Origin: Hydrolagus affinis
Taxonomy: Eukaryota
Direction of reading: 5' to 3'
DNA length: 64,000 nucleotides
Assembly (NCBI GenBank): GCA_012026655.1
Contig: JAAILG010000136.1
Span: forward strand, 1-64,000
Made by a program: the position numbers and the translations under genes. The notes beneath the pieces are model-generated. The model made no database searches. It was given only the letters and a program-made list of their open reading frames with translations, and was not told the origin of the DNA. Each line of letters starts with the position of its first letter. Within the stretch, counting starts at the first letter, position 1. Shown here in pieces: positions 54,984-64,000 of the stretch.

Positions 54984-55072
54984 CTTGATCCTGAAGCCAG
55001 TGAGAACCTCAAAGAACTGCAGATCAAGCTGAACACTGTCCTCGATGAATTGAGCAGCACCTTTGGCATGAG
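54984..55072 (+). CDS. UNC13C: UNC13C exon ([29 protein letters not shown])
   Basis: TTTCCAG acceptor, GAG|GTAGAC donor. Confidence 0.95.
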
Positions 55073-56052
55073 GTAGACCGCCATTACTGAAATTGATGAA
55101 TGTACGCCAGAGCTAGGCTGTGCTCAAATGTTTTCCACAGTCTTCTTAAAGGCCCCCGTCTCAAACTTATCTCTTTAACCACGCTTTCGGTCATCTTTTC
55201 CCTTCCCACACACATTGGCCACCAACATCAGCTCAGATACCAGCCAGCAATGTTGAGTACGATGAAACATCTTCCTTAAGTAAACAGCCACAGTATAAAT
55301 GTAAATCGTGTTGAATTATTGTGCAAGATTAAGGAGATTCAGAATGAAGAATGCTTTTAACTACCTTCCACGTGAATGGGTGGCCCTGAAACCTACCTTA
55401 ATTGTGCCCTCTGCAGACCTCTTGCCTTGGCATTGTGAATAAGGATGAATTTTGGGTGGTAGAGGAGAATGAAAGATCTGGCATGATCCGTTTTTCCCCT
55501 GATCCAGTCAGTTCTCAACGAATCCGAAGTAGTCTCGTTGGAAAGTGTCCATAATGAGCAGTCTCTGAGAGGACAAAATTATAGGAAAATGTAAATCTTA
55601 AAATCTATTTTTGAATTCCCAGTTTATACTGCTGTTTAGTACTAATCAGGGTTAAGCAGCTTGATCTGCAAGCAAATTACACAAGAGTCTGGCTGCTGAG
55701 ACCAAGTTAAATGTGTTTTCCAGTCCTGCACATCAATCCTCACTGCTGCAGTGCAGACACCTATTTGATTAAAGATGAAGGAATGTCTGCACAATGCTGT
55801 CCTCCCATCTTTCTCTCTTTTAAAAAAGATTGGGAGTTGAGAGAAGCTCTCTGTATACAAAATGCTTGTTCACCCACCCTTTTTGGCCCCCTTTGAAATT
55901 AGACATTTTTCATTAATCTTGACAAATTGCTTATTTTACGTGTGATTCGCCTGGAGTGACATTTAGCCAGGTATATGACGATGTCTGTAATGGCTAGGCA
56001 ATGTGTAACCTCTGTTAAGGTAGCTGTGCGTTCTATCAAATATATGAACTAG

Positions 56053-56360
56053 TGTCAGCCTGGCTCAGATGGTAGCACTCTTGCCTCCGAGACAGAAGGT
56101 TTTGACTCCAAGCTCCACATTGGGACTTAACATTGTAGATTGTCTCCAGTACAGTCCTGCAGGAAGAATTGGAAAGACCATCCTTCAGGTGACACATTAA
56201 TCTGAGGTCCTGTCTGCCAGTTCAGGTGGATTTTACAGATCTTATGCCACTAATTGGAAAGAGAAGGCTCCTGGTGTCCTATATATAAAATACAGTCACG
56301 ACACTTTACAGTAAATCCTGTGAAGCACATGTAGCATCTTGATATGACAGGTGCTTTATC
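56053..56360 (+). mobile_element. Degenerate Deu-type SINE
   Basis: tggctcagatggtagcactcttgcctccgagacagaagg head; acattaatctgaggtcctgtctgccagttcaggtgga. Confidence 0.65.
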
Positions 56361-56646
56361 CATGCCTTCCACTAACCCTCTTACATTCCCTTTTTTTGAA
56401 ACACAAAGTTGAAGTTTATTCAAAATAGCTGAGTTTTACAAAGTAGAAGTCGGCAGATCATAACCATACGGTTATACTTGGCCTAAATTTTTTTTAAAAA
56501 TACATCTACAGAGAAAGAAAGTTTGGGAAGTAGTGATAGCGGTTATCAATAGATTGACAAAATGTTGGTTTTGAGACTTTTTTTGTAAGCGTGCCCGTTT
56601 CCTTCGCTTGCAATTTTGATTTTAATTTTAATTTTAAACGTTGCAG

Positions 56647-56796
56647 CTTCCAGTCCGTCATTGAAGAGTGCGTGAGGCAGATGAGCGCCGAGTTGAGTCA
56701 AATGAGAGGCAACGGGAATTCTTCATCCAACCGCAACAGTGCAGCTCTGGATGCAGAAACTGTCCTGAGGCCCCTAATGGACCTTCTGGATAAAAA
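56647..56796 (+). CDS. UNC13C: UNC13C exon ([23 protein letters not shown]...[10 protein letters not shown])
   Basis: TTGCAG acceptor, AAA|GTAATG donor; start of MHD2. Confidence 0.95.
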
Positions 56797-57143
56797 GTAA
56801 TGCAACTATGTGAATAAATTGTAGGCCAAAGATATTATTTTCACACAGGCCTTTATTTCTTAAAAAAAACATACAGTAATCCATTTTGAATGCCCCCTGA
56901 CTTGTATTGAAATGCAAATATTTTACTGACAGGTTCAGAATCAGAAGAATTCGGAAAATATGACATTTAAATTATGCTTATCAGAACACTTGCCAGCTTA
57001 TTTTATTTTACTGAGACATTGATGTGACGCTGTTTTATATGTATGGTGTGTCTACAGATTCTGTTCGGTTTAATGCAGGTTCCTTTGAAGTTTTAATGCT
57101 AGCCAGATGGCAACTGTTGATATTTCTCTACTTTTTTTTTCAG

Positions 57144-57267
57144 TCTTACGCTGTTTGCTAAAATCTGTGAGAAGACTGTTCTGAAAAGGGTCCTAAAGGA
57201 ACTCTGGAAATTAGTTCTCAACACAATAGAGAAACTAATTGTTTTGCCTCCATTAACAGACCAAAGT
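57144..57267 (+). CDS. UNC13C: UNC13C exon ([41 protein letters not shown])
   Basis: T-tract CAG acceptor, AGT|GTAAGT donor. Confidence 0.96.
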
Positions 57268-60200
57268 GTAAGTAATCTGCTAACTACCTCTTCAATGTGG
57301 TGTCGTCAACAACAAGAACAACTTCGATTTATATAGCGTCTCCGAGCCCATTGTCAGGACTTAGCCTGGCTCAGTCGATAGCTCTTTAGCCGCTTGTCAG
57401 AAGTACTGTGAGTTCAAACCCAACATCGGGCCTTTGCACTCACAAGTCGAAGCTGATGCTCCAATGAAGTCACTTTAGCTTTCTTTTACAATAATAAATA
57501 ATAAATCTTACATTTGATATAGTGTCTTCCACATCAAAGGGAGTTCTCAAAGCAGTGTACAGGATACATACTCTGCTGTAAAGTGTGATGACTGTCCATT
57601 TTGTATTCTCAAAAGTTGCTAACTATCCAAACTATAGATATATGAATGAAATATACGTGCTTATAAGGCAAGAAGTTGTTTCAATGAGCTACGGATATTG
57701 CAGCACAATTTGACACCACATTAAGCAATCCCAGTAATGGTTATATTTCAGCACTATTAGGCAGCAGGTAGCCTAAGTTGACATCTAGTGCAACAAACAA
57801 TCATGGATGCAGTGCTTGCAAAAATGCTTCTGTAGCACATTGCATCTTTTGTTTAAAAAAATAGCCCATCAACTCAAAATCCCGGTAATCTGGCTCTGTG
57901 TGATGGACGGAAATGGATTTTTGTGAACATTCTCTAGTTCCTTTGTTGGCCATTTTTCAAGCTTGCCTAGCAAGTGTGTGCAAAGTGGTTCATTGAAGGA
58001 ATTTACAAGATTGATTTTTGTGAAGTAGTCGGTGCTTGAAGTTGCACCTTTTTAACTTTATTTTGTCTCTCTCTGGATTGCCATGCATCATTTCAAAGAA
58101 AGCTCCAGTGGTTCATTTTTAGCAAACCACTGAGGGCACACTTCACATGAGTTGTGTGAGTGTAATGATACTTGCTGCGTGGAACAATGCTATTGTAACC
58201 CAAGCTTTAGTCAAACATTGGGATTGTAAATAAATACAGAATACATGTTGGTATGGAAATCAGTGCATCCTATTTTGAATTCCACTATTGTAGCACCGGT
58301 ACGTCTTAACCTCGTGATTATCGTCTGAACGCAGTCATTTTCCTCGTTGTCAAATTGATGCAATGGTTCATCCATTGTTTTTAAAAAATGAAGTAGATGT
58401 ACCCTGGGCTGTCAGCTGTGGAATGTGGCCTTCTGATATAATGAATACTTAATATAAGTACAATAAATGTCTTGTGTGAATGAATGCATAATGTAGGAAG
58501 GGTAGACAATACTTTGCATTGAAGTATAAACACAGTCAATCCACTTTACAATATATTCCGGGATGTGCTTTGCGATGTCTCACTGACGTGATAAGGTCCT
58601 ATATCAAATGCAATCATTATTATTGTATTATTATGAATAATCGAGGAAACTCAGTACGTCTGCTGCAGATAATATCAAGATTCATAATGTTGTAATTCAT
58701 TCCTTCTGTAAATTCGTTAATTTAATAGATGGAGATGTTTGATTAATCTCGTGGGAGGAAGCTTTTTCTTCTCTTTTTATGGGTCTTTTTTGTGTGTTAT
58801 TTCAAATGCTTGACATGATTTGATTTAGCTTTTGCGTGACTCAATTGATCTGTGGATGTTTGATAGCTTTTCCACAATTCACTTACAAGTACAAAATAGA
58901 AGCGTTTTATTTACTCCCCCAAGGTTTCACAATGATTTTAATGTCTCTTCCCACTCCAGTGTCTGTTGAAGTGGAAATACTTCAGTGATTTCTGCGGGAA
59001 AAAAAACTTATTTGTTACATTCCCAGGCAAAGTAGTCGTATCCAAAGCCGGGTTGTTTTGTTCTCACTAATCCATAACCCAACAAAAGCTCAGTTCAAAC
59101 TAATCATTGATCCGAAGGACTCAAGCCAAGTTTCCTGAAGAATAAATCCAAAGTGACCACACTGACTGTCAAACTTTTAAACCCAGCTGTTTGCACAAGA
59201 GATTTTGCGAAGGCGATGGATCTTAAAATATGTATGTCTGTTTTCATCTAATATTAAGTGGTCAGGGACCATACCATCAAATGCACATGGCAGGACCTTA
59301 GTTTCAGTACATTGTCTTTAAATGTGAACCAACCTCTGAGCTCACAAAAATGCCTATCATTACCAGCTTGTTGGGATACACTTGCGAAAACCTGACTGTT
59401 AATTATTGCATTGTAGTTAGGCTAGAATTTCTATATTCTAACAAGTTGAAACTTTGTCTTACAAATGGCTACAAATGGACCCTAATCTCAGGTTGTGACC
59501 AATTTAGGGAAGACCTCCCAAGTCTAGACAATTGTGGTGATTCGAGTCCAGAGTAAAGGAACTCTCGGAGACTGTGTGAGAGCAGGAAGCTTGACATTGG
59601 GCCATCGTTTGATACTTTTGAGTTAGTAGACAATTGAAAAGCCAGAGAGAGACTGAAAAACTAATCAAGCAGCTTATTCAGATGATTACAGATCGAATTC
59701 CCTGAGACACAGCTGGTGTTTCTGGAAGGACCTCTTGACCTCTTGCTCGCAGAAGGACAAGGCATTACGCTCACGCAAACCACATCTCTCATGCAGCTTC
59801 TAAGGCACTGCTGAGCCAAGAAGCAGCAGTGAAATGTTCAGTGTCCGAACCCAATGTGGGGAAAGAGCAGGAGAGTGGAATTAAAGTTGATTGCTCCATT
59901 TGGGGAAGCCAGCACAAGTAAAGATTCGATGGGCCAAATGATCTCTTTCTGTGCTGCACGGTTGTAATGATTCTATCATTGTATGGCTATTGAATACCCC
60001 TGACAGCCAGAGTTATGTTTTAAAAAAAAGTATACATTATTCCAAAAGGTGTATTTTCTCCTGAGGGAATGTGTTCTTTTCCAAAAAGATTACAGTAGAG
60101 TTCCATCTTGTTACTGATTCATTAGTGATTACATAGTGACAGGATTGTTAGGCAATTTCTGAATCACTGACACTGAAATAGGTTATCTTGGGGCATATTT

Positions 60201-60489
60201 GTTACAGACTGCAATGTCATGACATCTAGTAGATACGCGGGATGCCATATTGAGTGTAATATGTTGTGACATAAGAGAGGCTGGAGGTGCAATGCCATTT
60301 TCAGCCCTAAGGTTAGAGTCAACTTCTGCTACTTTTCCAACAGAATTATTTTCCTAGCAGTCCACAACCCAGCACGATCCTGGCATTCACATCAATTTCA
60401 TTTACTGAGGCTACTTCATCAGGCAGACACCTAACGCTGTCCAGCTTCAGGCTGTCACCATTTGTGAACATCCTATCCTACATGAAGAT

Positions 60490-60720
60490 TTACAGAGAAT
60501 GTACAGCACAGAAACATACTCTCGGCCAAACCAGTTTGTGTGGTGTTTATGCACCACACCAGTCTTCACCCATTGCTTACTCCTTTATATTCCCCTCTCC
60601 CTAATGTGATGGTCTAACTTCCTCTGGAATGCACTTATACTATCTGATACAACCACCACTTCAGGCAGCGAGTCGCAAATCTCATTCCTAAATTCTGTTT
60701 TGGATTTCTGGTGCTATCTT
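60490..60720 (-). mobile_element. Decayed CR1 3' end
   Basis: tacagcacagaaaca...ggccaaaccag...accacttcaggcagcgag pattern. Confidence 0.5.
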
Positions 60721-63109
60721 TTAATTGTGTTCCCCGCCTTATATTTCGATCAGCCTCATCCCCCCCGCCCCTACCCTCCACCCTCAACGACCCCTACCCC
60801 CAGCTCGGGTCCAAAATACTGTCTGTCCAGCTCCTTGATCACGTCCTCCCAACATGAAAGGCGTTATACAAATGTAACTTAGTTGTTGTTGTATTTGTCA
60901 TATCTGCTTGTGAAACCAAAAATCCTGCCTAGTCTGCCTCCCATTTCACAAATCCAGAATCTTACCATCTGCCTTGATTGTATACCCTTCTTTAGGAATC
61001 ACACTAATGTTCCTGTTAACAATCTCTAATCTATTTGGATTCTTGCCTCCCCTTTCATCCAAATTGTTTTCCTGTGTTCATCACTGGTAACAATCAATAC
61101 AGCTAACTTATTTAGGTCTTGAAGGAATGGAACTCTTGGTTCTGTCAAAAACTATGTGCAATGGTTTTATAACCTGCCGGTAGCATGGTAGGATCAAAGT
61201 TAAAGGAGCAGCGTGATTTGGTTTCCTGCCTTTTTTTGATTAAATATGAAACTAAAATTAAATATCAAAGTGCCAAATTAGAAAGTCGCTTGGATTCATG
61301 CATGCTTGCAATTCTAGTCTTGAAACAAAGCCTTTCAAACTTCAGAGAATGTCAATTAAGTTAATTTGATATAACAAACAATGAGAAATGCAAAATAAAA
61401 TGTTGCATTAACCCCAGAAGGGAGTTTCTCTCGGTGTCCTGGCCAATGGTTCCACCAGATAAAATTAATCATTGATTTCTGAGCTATTTGTGGAACATTA
61501 CTGAGCACAAATGATACCCCCAACGTGAAAGGGTTGCCGTATCAAATGCAACATCAACAGCAAAATTACATTTATGCAAGGCTTATTATTATCAATTAAC
61601 ATTAGTCATTTGTTACAAAACACGCAGCAAAGACAAAGCAGGCGAGAAAAGAATGCGATCAATATCAGAGCTAACCATCCACTGTTAACAGTGAAATCCG
61701 TCCTAAGTGGCAGCAAATGGAGAATAAAAATACTGGGAAAAGGTGCGTCTCTCAATATAGTTCTGAAATGGAAGGTATTCTTTTCTTTTGTTTGCTTCCC
61801 ATTTTCGTAAGAATTGTGAGTCAAGAGGCATCTATTACATTATTCCCCCAGAATAGCTCCATTGAATTCAATGCTTTACTTCAATATGTCCGCTGCATTA
61901 AAGCACATCCTTTCTTTCGGTTTTCTCCACATTTGCTACATTCTTCCCTGCGCTTGTATGTCTTTTTTCCCCCTTCAGGTAAAATCTGCTTTCTTTTTCC
62001 CCTCCCCAGCAATTTGACTTGGCCTTGAGAATAAAGGTAGAGAGAAACATAGGACTTGAAATTAAAATGCCTTAAGATGGACTAGAGATCAGAGGATTGC
62101 CTTTCTTTCACAGCAGGTGGAAATGTGAAACAAACCGCAAATAAAATAGACGGTACTCCATTGATCAACTTCTTTTTAAGAAAAAATAATATGCTTGTGT
62201 ATGGAACCTAGCCAATATAGGAATGGATACAGACTGAAATGAACAAATTACTAGGTGGGCCACAATGTTTCTTGTGCTTTTAGGATCCAGGACAGTGAGG
62301 GGGAGAAGGGAAGGAGACTCAATAATGGAGACCTGTGAATGGAAAAATGCAGTGAATTTTTGCTCGATTACCTTTGAGGTTCAGAGAATATCTATAGAGA
62401 ACATTAAACCATCCATCCACTAATAGAGGTAGAAGATGAATGGAGTCTATTGATTGGGGAGTTTTGCATGGTCTATGGCAGGAGTGGGTTTTGATCAAAG
62501 ATGGTTTCTTATGTTTACATTGGAATTCACTGAGCTTTTATTCACCCAAGACGTCCTTCAGCCTAAGCCTTGTAGTAATGTGGACAAATTATTTTGGGTA
62601 AGCAGACACTCTATGGGCAGTTCAAGTAGTTTACATCAAGATTTGACCCCAGTCACTGATGCTGATCAGCATTTTTAAAAACTCATTTTGCTTCATTACC
62701 AATTAGAGGATCAAACGGCTGTGAAGCTCACACTGTGTGCATAATGACTGTGAACAATGTAATGTCCAGAATTAACTTGCTAACATAATATTAAATTAAA
62801 CTGTGTTATGTAATCAGGATGGGACTCGTGTCACACAGATTCATGTTGTACAAATATCTACTCTTAAAGTGAAATGGGATCTCATTTCCTAGTCAGAGCG
62901 CTTCCTTTAATTCAGGACTTTCCTCTTCTATATACGGCTTAAGCTAAATCAATATCAATACATCTTCCAAGTCATAACCAATGCCAAAACAGTAGACTTT
63001 CTTTTTTTTAAAAAAAAGTAATGTTTGGGAGAAACGTCTAGTAAAACTTTTTTTAGTTTAGGTACTTACTATTTTTCACTCATCACTGCTTTCTTTAATC
63101 TAATTTCAG

Positions 63110-63166
63110 GGAGCCCAGATGATCTTCAGTGCTGCTAAAGACTTGGGACAACTATCAAAGCTAAAG
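63110..63166 (+). CDS. UNC13C: UNC13C 57-nt exon (GAQMIFSAAKDLGQLSKLK)
   Basis: TTTCAG acceptor, AAG|GTGCTG donor; symmetric phase 0-0; conserved translation. Confidence 0.93.
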
Positions 63167-64000
63167 GTGCTGGATATTAATTTGCTTCACATTTTTTTTC
63201 TTCACTAATACTCAGAGTTTAACACTCGAGCGCACCGCTTTGCCATTGAATATTCATTGTGCAATACCTCCTCATATTGACACACTTTCAAGGGATTCCC
63301 ACCTGTGAGTTCAGCAGATATGCATACCCCATTTTAAAAAGATGCTTGTGGAGTTCTCAAGTTACCCGTTTCAGTGATTTGTTGGAGAATGATTCACAAC
63401 GCACCACGAGAGGTAAACAGTTCATAGGAAAAATAGAAAGTGCTGCATATTTTTTAAAAAGGAAGTCAAAGATGTGATCTCTGGAGGACCAATTAGAGCT
63501 AAGTTAATCACAAACGCGTAGCCCGATGTTTGCATTCCTAATTTCGAAAGGAGCAGCCCCTCTTCACCGGGCTTGCCTATCACAGATTTAAATTGCATGT
63601 TTGGCATCCTTAATCTTTAGTTGAGTTGCTGCTGTTCTGATGGAAAATGAGAAATATACATCTTGAGTTTATGCTGGTTCACCAATCGTAAGATTTTTTG
63701 CTGTTGTCCCCATCATGTAACTAATCAGTTGTTTAAAAATAAATGCGCACCTCATATCTTAATTCTCTTCCTCTTTTGTTTAGCCAGACATTTCTTATTC
63801 TCGTGGGTGTTAATCAGATCAGTATGCATCCCCCTCGAAACAGTTTTAAAAACACAGGCATTGATGCAGGTCTGATTAACGCTGAAGCTTCCACCATAAA
63901 TATTCCTTCCCTGTTCCTTAATTTTGTGGGGTGAACTTCAGTTCCTTTTGCTCTTGGGAAAGAAACGCGTGCGATTCAACTTTTGTTTTGCTGCCACTTT

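Overview
AT-rich vertebrate genomic DNA; the repeat content suggests a cartilaginous fish (inference). The window lies inside one + strand, multi-exon gene, UNC13C (Munc13-3, synaptic vesicle priming). I traced 25 phase-consistent coding exons from 3062 to 63166, covering the pre-C1 linker, C1, C2B and most of the MUN region. Both ends of the gene are outside the window. The exon chain includes a 6-nt microexon and a GC-AG intron. Introns carry many copies of a tRNA-derived SINE with an L2-type tail, older Deu-type SINEs, CR1 and L2 LINE fragments, and a palindromic Penelope-like repeat. The most notable observations are (1) minimal hammerhead-ribozyme motifs in that repeat, two of them with an intact core on the pre-mRNA sense strand; (2) a candidate internal alternative first exon (9198-9451) giving a short-N-terminus Munc13-3; and (3) candidate in-frame microexons in the MUN region (50171-50197, 62010-62036, 58123-58155). 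Homology statements come from my recollection of vertebrate UNC13 sequences, not from a database search. Repeat boundaries are approximate.
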